A stretch of 64,000 bases of DNA, taken from Negativicutes bacterium. Its GTDB lineage: Bacteria; Bacillota; Negativicutes; UBA1444. The notes under the pieces were generated by a model. The model did no database searches and was not told the DNA's origin. It saw only the letters and a list, made by a program, of their open reading frames with translations. The DNA is taken from contig CAXXIN010000018.1 of assembly GCA_963665275.2 (NCBI GenBank), positions 224,001 to 288,000 on the forward strand. Direction: 5' to 3'. Position numbers and translations under genes: made by a program. Of this stretch, positions 1 to 9,419 are shown one piece after another. The first letter of the stretch is position 1, and each line of letters opens with the position of its first letter.

Positions 1-782
1 CCGGAGCAACTGCCGGAACACCACAAAATATTCTCCTGATGGGCAAAAAAGAAGCTGAAGTGGCTTTTGCACAAAATGGCGTGGCCTACTATGCTTACAA
101 TGGAATAGAAATGTTTAAAGATAAGCCCGCAAAATTTTTGCGAGGCATCACCAATTTGTATCCCAACGTCATGCACATCGTGGTTGCGGCGAACTCCGAT
201 ATCAAATCTATCAAAGATTTTGAAGGGAAAAAGTTTGTGCCGGGAGCTATTGGAAGTGCCACTGAAATCAATTCCAGAGAAATTTTAGGTTTGTATGGTC
301 TTGATTATAAAAATAAGAAGAATGTGAAGGGTGAATATCTTGGTTACTCTGAGGCCGCAGAAGCACTAAAAGATGGACGCGTGGACGGGATCCTTATTGC
401 TGGAGGGTTGCCGACATCTGCGGTGTTAGACGCAGCCTCTTCTCTGAAGATACGGATTCTTTCCTTGGAGCCGGATATGATCGCCAAGTTGAAGGAAACT
501 ATGCCTTGGTACTATGAAATCACTATTCCAAAGGGATCTTACATCGGCCAGACAGAAGATGTGCACACAGTTGCTGTTGCCAATTTGCTGATTTGTCGTG
601 ACGACCTAAGCACTGATTTGGTCTATAACATGACCAAAGCTTTGTATGAAAACCAAAAAGAGCTGGTCGCTGCTCACTCCGCTGCAAAATCTATGTTACT
701 GGAAATTGCTCTTAAAGGGATGACCGTACCGTTGCATCCTGGCGCTGAAAAATATTATAAAGAAAAAGGAATAATGAAATAA
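1..782 (+). CDS. TAXI-family TRAP transporter solute-binding protein (5' partial)
   Basis: Frame is open from the window start. Motifs LYPNVMHIVV, GAIGSATE, ALKDGRVDG and VPLHPGAEKYY are typical of TAXI proteins. Lies upstream of a fused TRAP permease. Confidence 0.9.
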   Translation, partial: GATAGTPQNILLMGKKEAEVAFAQNGVAYYAYNGIEMFKDKPAKFLRGITNLYPNVMHIVVAANSDIKSIKDFEGKKFVPGAIGSATEINSREILGLYGLDYKNKKNVKGEYLGYSEAAEALKDGRVDGILIAGGLPTSAVLDAASSLKIRILSLEPDMIAKLKETMPWYYEITIPKGSYIGQTEDVHTVAVANLLICRDDLSTDLVYNMTKALYENQKELVAAHSAAKSMLLEIALKGMTVPLHPGAEKYYKEKGIMK

Positions 783-874
783 TCCTAACGGTTTGTTTTG
801 GTCGCAGACATGCATTTTGCATGTCTGCGATATTTGTATGATGTCGCCTAGTAACAATAAGGAGCGATGTTGTT

Positions 875-2836
875 TTGGTTAATGAAGAAAAAACCACTAT
901 TGATAAGTCCGCAATTGATGCATTTATTAACGAGGAGTCCGTTGAGAATGTCGATGCGGTAGTTCGCAAATATGAAGCTGAATCCCGGTTTCGTAAGTTT
1001 ACTGGGAATATGGGCAAACTTGTTGCTGGAATCTGCATCGCTTTGTCAATCTTTCATCTTTATACCGCAGGATTCGGTGTATTGGAAGCCATCAAGCAAC
1101 GAAATATCCATCTGACATTTGTTCTTGTTCTATCTTTTTTGTTGTATCCATCAGGAGCAAAAGGGAGTGCGAATAGGATCACTTGGTGGGACTGGATATT
1201 AGTCGCTTTGTCGGTTAGCGTTGGAACGTACCTGATGGTTATTTATGATGACTTGGCGAATCGCGGTGGCGTAACCGTGCCGATGGACATTTATATGGGG
1301 GGGATACTTTGCCTATTGGTTCTGGAAGCCGCCCGGCGTGCGACAGGCAAAGAATTGCCTATAATGGCCCTGTGTTTTGTTGTGTATGCTCTCTATGGAG
1401 ATCTTATTCCGGGTGAGTTCGGACATAGGGGATATAGTTTGGATCGATTAATCGATCATATGTTTTTGACTACAGAAGGAATTTATGGCGTAGCTCTCGG
1501 TGTTTCAGCCACATATATTTATCTGTTCATTCTGTTTGGCGCATTCTTGACCGAAACCGGAATGGCGAAGTTTTTTAACTCTTTGGCTATGGCGATGGCG
1601 GGAGGATCACCCGGCGGTCCGGCTAAAGTTGCGGTGTTTGCCAGTGGCTTGCTTGGCATGATTAATGGCAGCGCAGTGGCAAACGTGGCAACGATTGGCG
1701 CATTTACGATTCCGTTGATGAAGAGCATTGGATACCGGCCACACTTCGCTGGCGCTGTGGAAGCGGTAGCTTCAACAGGTGGACAGATCATGCCGCCGGT
1801 TATGGGCGCGGCGGCTTTTGTTATGGCGGAATTCCTTGGAGTGTCGTATTCTACAATCATGATTGCTGCCGTGGTGCCAGCTGTGTTATATTATCTGGCG
1901 TGCTGGACCATGATCCATTTGGAGGCACGAAAACTTGGGTTGGAAGGTCTGCCTAAAGATCAACTGCCTGTTGTCAGTGTGATTCTGAAAAGTCATGGAC
2001 ATTTGTCAATTCCTATTATTGGAATAATAGCCTTGTTGTTATACGGACTTACTCCATTATATGCTGCTTTTTTCACAATCCTTATGACCATAGTGGTCAG
2101 CCATTTTCGCAAAGAAACAGCGATCAGTTTTGCAGGGATCATCCGGGCTCTGATTGCTGGAGCCAAGGGCTCGGTCGGCGTTGCCATGGCTTGCGCCGTT
2201 GTTGGTTTTGTTGTAGGTGTCAGTTCACTGACCAGCTTGGGGTTAACCTTTGGATCCAACATCTTGGCATTCTCACATAATAACATGATGCTCACTCTGG
2301 TTTTGACAATGATTACAATGTTAATTCTCGGCATGGGATTGCCAACTACCGCCTGTTATATTGTTGGAGCGACAATAGCAGCTCCAGCCCTGGTCAAAAT
2401 TGGAGTCCTCCCTTTGGTTGCTCATTTTTTCGTATTCTATTTTGCCTGTTTGTCCAATCTAACCCCACCGGTTTGTCTGGCAGCTTTTACCGCCGCTGGA
2501 ATAGCCGGAGCCAGTCCATATAAAGTTGGGTGGACATCTACACGTTTAGGCGTGGCTGGCTTTCTCGTTCCTTTCTTAGCTGTATATTCACCGATGCTTA
2601 TGTTTGCGGGAGAATATTCTTCGCTCGCCCTGGTGGAAGCCATCATCACAGCGGTTGTCGGCGTGATCGCATTGAGCGCTGCGCTTGAAAACTGGTTTTT
2701 ACGGGAATGTCGTCTCTGGGAACGCGCCTTGTTACTGGTAGGTTCCTTGATGTTGATGGTCCCTGGACAATTGACCGATATAGCGGGGGGGATATCCGTT
2801 GCCATCGTATATTTTGTTCAAAAAAGGAGCTTATAA
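875..2836 (+). CDS. TRAP transporter 4TM/12TM fused permease
   Basis: GGPAKVAV, GSAVANV, ASTGGQIMPPVMGAAAF, LGMGLPTTACY and TPPVCLAAF motifs. Confidence 0.93.
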   Translation: MVNEEKTTIDKSAIDAFINEESVENVDAVVRKYEAESRFRKFTGNMGKLVAGICIALSIFHLYTAGFGVLEAIKQRNIHLTFVLVLSFLLYPSGAKGSANRITWWDWILVALSVSVGTYLMVIYDDLANRGGVTVPMDIYMGGILCLLVLEAARRATGKELPIMALCFVVYALYGDLIPGEFGHRGYSLDRLIDHMFLTTEGIYGVALGVSATYIYLFILFGAFLTETGMAKFFNSLAMAMAGGSPGGPAKVAVFASGLLGMINGSAVANVATIGAFTIPLMKSIGYRPHFAGAVEAVASTGGQIMPPVMGAAAFVMAEFLGVSYSTIMIAAVVPAVLYYLACWTMIHLEARKLGLEGLPKDQLPVVSVILKSHGHLSIPIIGIIALLLYGLTPLYAAFFTILMTIVVSHFRKETAISFAGIIRALIAGAKGSVGVAMACAVVGFVVGVSSLTSLGLTFGSNILAFSHNNMMLTLVLTMITMLILGMGLPTTACYIVGATIAAPALVKIGVLPLVAHFFVFYFACLSNLTPPVCLAAFTAAGIAGASPYKVGWTSTRLGVAGFLVPFLAVYSPMLMFAGEYSSLALVEAIITAVVGVIALSAALENWFLRECRLWERALLLVGSLMLMVPGQLTDIAGGISVAIVYFVQKRSL

Positions 2837-2959
2837 GGTTTTCTCTGTAAAATACTTTTCTTGAGAAAGTTTGTTTCAGGTCTTAACAAAAATTCTCATA
2901 TAAGGTATACTTAAGCCTAAGGGTTTTTTCCCTATCTGACTACATCTAGGAGGACATAA

Positions 2960-4093
2960 ATGGACTTCAATTTTACACCAGACCAGCTTGCTCTAAAAAA
3001 GATGACACAAGATTTGGTCGCGAAAGAAATCACGCCTTATGTTCATGAAATGGATGAAAAGAACGAGATGCGGCCTGGTCTGCTCCAGAAGTTTAATGAG
3101 GCTGGAATTTTGAATCTGGTCGTTCCAGAGGAGTATGACGGACCGGGTCTGGATGCGTTGTCTATGGCTTTGATTTATGAAGAACTGGGTAAGGGGTGCG
3201 CTGGAGTAGCTACATCGGCAGCAGCCAATGCGTTGGCATCATATCCTGTTGTGGTCGCTGGATCGGAAATCCAAAAACGTAAAATGTTTGATGCATTGAA
3301 TGAAGGAAAACTCGCTGCGTTTGCATTGACAGAACCAAACGCTGGATCCGATGCGGGCGGCGTGTCCACTTCGGCTGTCCGGGATGGAGAATACTACGTT
3401 TTAAATGGCACGAAGTGCTTTATTACGAATGGCGGAATTTCCGATATTTACACCGTTTTTGCGAATGCGCGCAAATCGGCTGGGATTCGGGGACTGACTG
3501 CGTTCATCGTGGATCGCAACACTCCAGGTTTTTCTGTGGGCAAGAAGGAAGACAAGATGGGGATCCGTCCTTCCAATACCACAGAGCTGATTTTGGACAA
3601 TGTGCGGATTCATGAGAGTATGCGGATCGGTCGGGAAGGCGAAGGTTTCAAGATCGCTATGAAAACTCTTGATGCGGCTCGTCCTTTGGTCGGCGCCGTT
3701 TCAGTGGGATTAGCTTCGGCTGCGTTTGAAGCAGCCTGTAAATATGCCAAAGAACGGCAGCAGTTCGGTAAACCGATCGCTTCCTTTCAACTGGTTCAGG
3801 CCATGATTGCGGATATGGCTATGGCGGTTGAAACTGCTCGTCTGATGGTATATAAGGCTTGCTGGCTCAAGGATCAGGGACAGAATTATCAATTGGAATC
3901 GGCTATGGCTAAGTGTCTGGCTGCTGATGTTGCTATGAAAGTAACTACTGATGCGGTTCAGGTCATGGGTGGTTACGGGTATATGAAAGAATACCCGGTG
4001 GAAAAAATGATGCGCGATGCGAAAATCATGCAGATTTACGAAGGGACCAACCAAATTCAACGGCTGGTTATCGCCAACAATATTCTTTATTGA
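2960..4093 (+). CDS. acyl-CoA dehydrogenase (butyryl-CoA dehydrogenase-like)
   Basis: AFALTEPNAGSDA, NGTKCFITNG, KEDKMGIR, RQQFGKPI, QVMGGYGY and QIYEGTNQIQR motifs. AGGAGG RBS. Confidence 0.95.
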   Translation: MDFNFTPDQLALKKMTQDLVAKEITPYVHEMDEKNEMRPGLLQKFNEAGILNLVVPEEYDGPGLDALSMALIYEELGKGCAGVATSAAANALASYPVVVAGSEIQKRKMFDALNEGKLAAFALTEPNAGSDAGGVSTSAVRDGEYYVLNGTKCFITNGGISDIYTVFANARKSAGIRGLTAFIVDRNTPGFSVGKKEDKMGIRPSNTTELILDNVRIHESMRIGREGEGFKIAMKTLDAARPLVGAVSVGLASAAFEAACKYAKERQQFGKPIASFQLVQAMIADMAMAVETARLMVYKACWLKDQGQNYQLESAMAKCLAADVAMKVTTDAVQVMGGYGYMKEYPVEKMMRDAKIMQIYEGTNQIQRLVIANNILY

Positions 4094-4117
4094 TTTAACC
4101 CTTGGGGTCGCATTTTA

Positions 4118-4155
4118 ACCCTCTCTGTCAAAACCTGATGGAGGGGGCTTTTTTA
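4118..4155 (+). terminator. intrinsic terminator after the acyl-CoA dehydrogenase
   Basis: ccctctctgtca-aaacc-tgatggagggg stem followed by a T run. Confidence 0.7.
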
Positions 4156-4240
4156 TGGGAAAAGCAGTAAAAAGGTAAGAGAATCCCGGAACAACGCCAT
4201 ATTATCTTTACCCAGAAGAGATTTATGTTAACAGGACTGA

Positions 4241-4777
4241 ATGAAAATTGAAGAATACAGAGGGGGTCTAAAATCTGTGAGCATTAGAAAATCGGTTAAT
4301 TTTTTTGTGGTAATTAATGTCCTCGTGATATTTTTTATCGTCGCTGACCCGACAGTTGTCTTTGCAAAAGACAATAACTCAATCGCAATCGAAAAATTGC
4401 TTTCTCAGACGGGCTACACATATGTTGATAGATCGGATGCGACGGATGCGATCTGGACTATAGATTTTATCGGTAAATCTTTGCCGAGATATATGGTGAT
4501 AATTACTAAGGCAGACGATTTGGTAATTGCTTTTGTCACAGTAGCCGAAAAGAATAATATGAAGCTTACTACAGAGGCAATGCAGAAATTATTGCAGGCC
4601 AACTTCAGTTACGACAAGGTGAAAATTGGTCTAGGCCGGAATGGCGACCTATCCATTCGCATAGACCAAAGTATACGGATTACTGACCTACAGGAAATGA
4701 AAGAAAATATTAACCAAGTTGCAGTGGCGGCGGACGAATTATATGCGCTTTTAACGCCTTACTTAATAAAAAACTAG
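4241..4777 (+). CDS. exported YbjN-like (T3SS-chaperone-fold) protein
   Basis: Signal-peptide-like N-terminus (likely GTG start at 4277). LLQANFSYDKVKIGL...GDLSIRID...VAVAADELY resembles YbjN domains. Confidence 0.55.
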   Translation: MKIEEYRGGLKSVSIRKSVNFFVVINVLVIFFIVADPTVVFAKDNNSIAIEKLLSQTGYTYVDRSDATDAIWTIDFIGKSLPRYMVIITKADDLVIAFVTVAEKNNMKLTTEAMQKLLQANFSYDKVKIGLGRNGDLSIRIDQSIRITDLQEMKENINQVAVAADELYALLTPYLIKN

Positions 4778-4808
4778 AAGGAGTATAGCGGTAACAGGGA
4801 GGAAATAG

Positions 4809-5303
4809 ATGATGTTCAAAGTTGTCAGAACTCTTATGGTTGCATTGATTATATCGTCGGGGTTTATTCCGACTAGTGAGGCGTTACCGCGAGTCATACC
4901 AGAAAGAACTCGAGACGAAATCATTCAAAAGTACCTTTCAAATCGCTCATTAGATCCTGTGGAAGGCGCATGGGCGTTTTGTCTTGAAATGAAATGTGGC
5001 GAAGTTGCGATAGTGAAAAATGACACTGGAAAATTTTCGGATCTTGACTATGTTGGAATCCTGACAGTTGCAAAAGGAATAGGCGAAATTGGAGAGGCAA
5101 AGTTGTTTCTCAATAAGGGTGAGAGTCCCAAATTATTTCCGGGCAAGTACATTGTTCAAACAGGGTTCGGAATCGAAAGTCGATTTGGAACTAACTTTAT
5201 ACTGTCGAATGCGGATAATACGTTAACGACTGTTAATCCAATTCAAGAAGATAACAAACCCCGCACCAAAATTGAATTTTCTCGTTCGTATCCCCTAAAA
5301 TAG
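4809..5303 (+). CDS. exported hypothetical protein
   Basis: GGAGG RBS and a signal peptide ending SEA. LDPVEGAW motif; family not recognised. Confidence 0.6.
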   Translation: MMFKVVRTLMVALIISSGFIPTSEALPRVIPERTRDEIIQKYLSNRSLDPVEGAWAFCLEMKCGEVAIVKNDTGKFSDLDYVGILTVAKGIGEIGEAKLFLNKGESPKLFPGKYIVQTGFGIESRFGTNFILSNADNTLTTVNPIQEDNKPRTKIEFSRSYPLK

Positions 5304-5430
5304 TATTGATCATTTGAGAAGAGGGCTGTATTACTCGCAATAAAAGCGGGCCTGCATGGTTTAGGCATAGTTAAAAAGGTGCATTATCTTTACAGCTCTT
5401 TTCGGGTAGTTTGTGTATGGATGTAGCAGG

Positions 5431-5526
5431 GGAAAACATGATGTGCGACACGAAAATCATGAGATTTACGCAGGGTCCAATCAAATTTAACGACTGGTCA
5501 TAGCCAACAACATTTTTTATTGATTT
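5431..5526 (+). repeat. degenerate direct copy of the 3' end of the acyl-CoA dehydrogenase gene (4000-4096)
   Basis: Manual alignment gives about 83/97 identity with one deletion, including the stop codon region. Confidence 0.9.
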
Positions 5527-5548
5527 TCGATGATATGTGGCTAATCGC

Positions 5549-5578
5549 TTGACAAAGAGGGAGCCTGCATACTATAAT
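5549..5578 (+). promoter_or_regulatory. sigma70/sigmaA promoter of tRNA-Val
   Basis: TTGACA-18 bp-TATAAT. Confidence 0.8.
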
Positions 5579-5604
5579 AAACCTCGTCACATTACAGTAA
5601 CTTT

Positions 5605-5681
5605 GGGGTTATAGCTCAGTTGGTTAGAGCGCTTCGTTGACATCGAAGAGGTCTGCGGTTCGAGTCCGCCTAACCCCACCA
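5605..5681 (+). tRNA. tRNA-Val(GAC); integration site (attL)
   Basis: Cloverleaf with GGGGTTA/TAACCCC acceptor stem, GCTC/GAGC D-stem, CTTCG-TTGACAT-CGAAG anticodon arm, GGTTCGAGTCC and encoded CCA. Confidence 0.97.
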
Positions 5682-5691
5682 AAACAAAATC

Positions 5692-5725
5692 AAGGTTTCC
5701 GAGATTTTTTTCGGAAGCCTTTTTT
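5692..5725 (+). terminator. terminator after tRNA-Val
   Basis: aaggtttccga...tcggaagcctt stem followed by a T run. Confidence 0.7.
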
Positions 5726-5730
5726 AATGC

Positions 5731-5773
5731 TTGGGGACAGTTTTGGGGACAGTAGCCTGCAAACTGTCCCCAA
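5731..5773. repeat. TTGGGGACAGT twice direct (5731, 5743) plus once inverted (5763); likely integrase arm-type sites
   Basis: Exact 11-mers with a 12-bp period, next to attL. Confidence 0.7.
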
Positions 5774-5904
5774 TGAGTAACAGTTTGCATTTCAGTGATA
5801 TAATAAATTCCAAGGAACTTTCAGATGAAAGCAGATTATCCTGCAGGGCGATATTAAACGGCTGAAATGCTATTAATAATTAAAATTTGAAAGGGGGCGA
5901 AAAC

Positions 5905-7299
5905 ATGAAAGCCGATCTCGTTAAAGTCAGCGATATTATGGACGGACTTTTAAATGATTTTGTTACTCTTATAACTGATGCAAATGGTAATATTCTCTAT
6001 CTTCATGAGAATTACGCTGCAATACTGGACGTTGACCCGGAAGAGGCCAAAGGCAAGTATTGCTGTGATATCATTCCCAATAGCCGTATGCATATTGTCG
6101 CAAAGACGGGGAAGAGCGATCTTGGAGCTACTTTTCTAATGAAGAATGGTGAATATGCAGTAGTCAATCGTCTGCCCATTAAGCGCGATGGCAAAGTAGT
6201 CGGGGTTATATGCTTTGTTTTGTTTTCGACCATGATCATGACTACGGCGCAAGCCGCAAAGGTAATAAATTGTTTAAAAGATGAGTTTTCACAATGTGAG
6301 CATAAATTTGCCGGATTTTTCAAGGCTAAATATTCGATTGATCAAATCGTAGGCACTGTACCGGTTATGCAGACAATTAAAGAGTCAATTTATAAAATTG
6401 GACAAACGAAATCGACTGTATTGATAAGCGGTGAAACGGGAACCGGCAAAGAGCTTTTTGCGCATGCCATCCACCAGATAAGTCCACGCAGCCAGCACCC
6501 ATTGGTCATGGTAAACTGCGCGGCCATTCCAACGGAATTGTTTGAAGCCGAGCTTTTTGGTTATGAGGAAGGTGCATTTACAGGAGCAAAGAAAAGCGGT
6601 AAAGTCGGCAAATTTGAGCTTGCTAACAACGGCACCCTGGTTCTGGATGAAATTCATCAGATGCCTCTGACAATGCAGCCGAAATTGCTGAGGGTTTTAC
6701 AAGAAAAAGAAGTAGAGCGTGTAGGTAGCAATAAACCGTTTAATGTTGATGTGCGGTTAATCTTTATTACGAACAAAAACCTGTTTGACTTGGTGGGTAA
6801 GGGTGAATTTAGGGAAGATTTATTTTACCGAATTAATATTGTGCCATTAGAGATACCTCCTCTCAGAGAACGACTGGATGACTTGCCGGAGCTAGTGGAA
6901 AAATTGATAAGAAAAATAAATAGTAACCTTGGTTTGAATATTTCCTGTATTGATCGGAACGTGCTCAATCTCTTCTGTCAGCACAACTGGCCTGGCAATG
7001 TTCGCGAACTTGAACACACATTAGAACGAGCAGCAAATACCGTCCTGTCTGGTCCGTTGACCCTGGATTGCTTCGACAGCCTGAAAGCGAGAGTGCAAAT
7101 GGCTGCTTTCCATGAAGACACGGATCATACCCTGGGTTCGGCAAAAAGAAATGCCGAGTATGAGAAAATTGTGGAAGCTCTTCGGGAATCGCAAGGCAAC
7201 GTGTCGCAATCATGTAAAATCTTAAATGTTTCTCGCAGTGTACTGTATGAGAAGATAAGGCGATATGACATAAAAATTAACCGCATATCCCGAGTTTAG
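5905..7299 (+). CDS. sigma54-dependent activator (PAS-AAA+-Fis HTH)
   Basis: GETGTGKE, ELFGYEEGAFTGA, LDEI, FREDLFYRIN, WPGNVREL and a C-terminal HTH. Confidence 0.95.
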   Translation: MKADLVKVSDIMDGLLNDFVTLITDANGNILYLHENYAAILDVDPEEAKGKYCCDIIPNSRMHIVAKTGKSDLGATFLMKNGEYAVVNRLPIKRDGKVVGVICFVLFSTMIMTTAQAAKVINCLKDEFSQCEHKFAGFFKAKYSIDQIVGTVPVMQTIKESIYKIGQTKSTVLISGETGTGKELFAHAIHQISPRSQHPLVMVNCAAIPTELFEAELFGYEEGAFTGAKKSGKVGKFELANNGTLVLDEIHQMPLTMQPKLLRVLQEKEVERVGSNKPFNVDVRLIFITNKNLFDLVGKGEFREDLFYRINIVPLEIPPLRERLDDLPELVEKLIRKINSNLGLNISCIDRNVLNLFCQHNWPGNVRELEHTLERAANTVLSGPLTLDCFDSLKARVQMAAFHEDTDHTLGSAKRNAEYEKIVEALRESQGNVSQSCKILNVSRSVLYEKIRRYDIKINRISRV

Positions 7300-7305
7300 C
7301 CTTAA

Positions 7306-7356
7306 AAGCCTTTAGTTGACGGAAAGTAAGATTTGTCAGCTAAGGGCTTTTTTTTG
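7306..7356 (+). terminator. intrinsic terminator
   Basis: aagcctttagttgac...gtcagctaagggctt followed by a T run. Confidence 0.75.
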
Positions 7357-7530
7357 TTGCGACTTACTCATTTCAGACGTTCATTATGGGGTATGTCTGG
7401 AAAGTAGGAATATTAGCGGGATTATTCCGGAAATTCGGACAATTAAATCGCATAGGCAGACGAAATTTTTGGTTCTTCATCTAACGAGATTCATAATAGC
7501 CCCTGAGCCACATGGCATTATTATCTGGTC

Positions 7531-7546
7531 TGGCACACATTATGCA
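7531..7546 (+). promoter_or_regulatory. sigma54 -24/-12 promoter of the BKACE operon
   Basis: TGGCACACATTATGCA (GG-N10-GC). Confidence 0.8.
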
Positions 7547-7585
7547 TAATTTCATACTAGCAAATAAATTTATGAGGTGAGCGCA

Positions 7586-8422
7586 ATGAAAAAAACAATC
7601 ATTACCGTGGCTACAACAGGCGCATTTCCAACGAAGGAACACAATCCCAATGTTCCGCTGACGCCGAAGGAAATTGCAGCTCAAGTACATGAGTGCTGGC
7701 AGGCCGGAGCGGCTGTCGCGCATCTGCATATGAGGGACGACGAAGGCAAAGGGACGATGGACAAGGAAAAGTTCAAGGAAACGGTCGGGCTGATTCGAAG
7801 TCAGTGCGATATTATCCTGAATCTAACGACGTCAGGTGACTTGAAGGCGACCGATGAAACCCGGATGGCGCATCTGATCGAATTAAAACCCGAGATGGCT
7901 TCTTATGATGCGGGTTCGATGAACTGGATGCATAGCGGTCTGTTTTTGAATCCGCCGCAGTTTTTGGAGAAGTTGGGACACACGATGCAGGAAAACCAAG
8001 TGAAGCCAGAAATCGAAATTTTTGATGCAGGTATGGTCTATAATGCACTCTACTATCTCAAAAAAGGGGTGCTGACTGCGCCGCTTCATTTTCAATTTGT
8101 CCTGGGAGCCGCAGGCGGAACGGCGGCCACGGTGGAAAACCTGGTGTATCTGAAAAGCCTGATCCCGCAGGATGCAACCTGGTCGGCTCTTGGCATCGGC
8201 GCCGGTCACTTGCCTATCCTATATGCGACGCTAGCCTTGGGCGGACATGTCCGGGTTGGAATGGAAGATAATGTTTTGTATGCCAAAGATCGACCGGCCC
8301 GGTCAAACGCTGAATTTGTGGCTCGGGCAGCTCGACTGATACGAGAAGCCAATCAAGAGGTGGCATCGCCGGCAGAGGCTGCAGCAATTCTTAACCTGAA
8401 GCAGCGGGGGAGTTTGACATGA
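7586..8422 (+). CDS. beta-keto acid cleavage enzyme (BKACE/Kce, DUF849)
   Basis: ITVATTGA...NPNVPLTPKEIA, AHLHMRD (Zn-binding HxH), KPEIEIFD and GGHVRVGMEDN. Confidence 0.93.
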   Translation: MKKTIITVATTGAFPTKEHNPNVPLTPKEIAAQVHECWQAGAAVAHLHMRDDEGKGTMDKEKFKETVGLIRSQCDIILNLTTSGDLKATDETRMAHLIELKPEMASYDAGSMNWMHSGLFLNPPQFLEKLGHTMQENQVKPEIEIFDAGMVYNALYYLKKGVLTAPLHFQFVLGAAGGTAATVENLVYLKSLIPQDATWSALGIGAGHLPILYATLALGGHVRVGMEDNVLYAKDRPARSNAEFVARAARLIREANQEVASPAEAAAILNLKQRGSLT

Positions 8423-9363
8423 TTCGCAAGGTAGCTGTTCTTGGTGCAGGAACCATGGGGCATGGCATTGCGGAAAGCTTTGCACTGCATGCTTACGATG
8501 TCGTATTGTACGACACGGATATCGCGCGGCTGAATGCAGCGAAACTGGAAATCAAGGCGGAATTGGAACTATTGGCGGAAGAGGACTTCATCAGCCCTCA
8601 GGAAGTCCAACCGACACTGGATCGGATCCAGCTCCACGTTGAATTGCTGGGTGCAGTGCAAGACAGAGATTATGTGATTGAAGCCGTTCCTGAAATCATA
8701 GGACTCAAACAGCAGTTGTTTCGTCAGTTGGACGAATATTGTCCACAGCATACCGTACTGGCAAGCAACACATCAAGTCTGAAATTGAACGACATGATGG
8801 CACTTGTCAGTGCAGAGCGCAAACAAAGAATGATCGTAAATCATTGGTATAATCCCGCCCATTTGATGCCGATTATTGAAATGTCGTTCTTTGGCAATAT
8901 GCCTGCAGCAATCTATGACGAGGTGGACGCGTTATATCGTTCACTCGACAAACAGATTGTCAAGGTTCTCAAGGATGTACCGGGACTTGTCGCAAATCGA
9001 ATCCAGCAGGGGGTTGCCCGCGAAGCCTTCTCGCTCATTGAGCAGGGGATTGCTTCGCCGGAAGATGTAGACAAGGCGCTCAAGTTCGGGCCGGCGTTTC
9101 GCTATGCCACAACCGGCCAATTGGAAGTAGCTGATTTCGGCGGCTTGGATATTTGGTGCACAGTGGGTGATAATCTATTGCCGGCAATGGACAATTCACA
9201 GCAGGCGAATCCGGTGCTGCGGCAGCTGGTAGCGCAGGGACGGCTGGGCATTAAATCCGGAGAAGGGTTCTTCAAGTACGAGGCAGCAGAAATACCGTCT
9301 ATCAAGAACAAATTCATGCGAAAATTAATCCGGCAGTTGAAGACGTCTGCGTTCTACGTCTGA
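8419..9363 (+). CDS. 3-hydroxyacyl-CoA dehydrogenase-family NAD-dependent dehydrogenase
   Basis: GAGTMGHGIA, EAVPE, ASNTSS, HWYNPAHLMPIIE, PGLVANRIQ and ADFGGLD. Confidence 0.9.
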   Translation: MIRKVAVLGAGTMGHGIAESFALHAYDVVLYDTDIARLNAAKLEIKAELELLAEEDFISPQEVQPTLDRIQLHVELLGAVQDRDYVIEAVPEIIGLKQQLFRQLDEYCPQHTVLASNTSSLKLNDMMALVSAERKQRMIVNHWYNPAHLMPIIEMSFFGNMPAAIYDEVDALYRSLDKQIVKVLKDVPGLVANRIQQGVAREAFSLIEQGIASPEDVDKALKFGPAFRYATTGQLEVADFGGLDIWCTVGDNLLPAMDNSQQANPVLRQLVAQGRLGIKSGEGFFKYEAAEIPSIKNKFMRKLIRQLKTSAFYV

Positions 9364-9419
9364 CGTGGAACGTCCCAGCAGTGCTCAAATTAATAATTAA
9401 TAACGGGAGGAAAAAGAAT

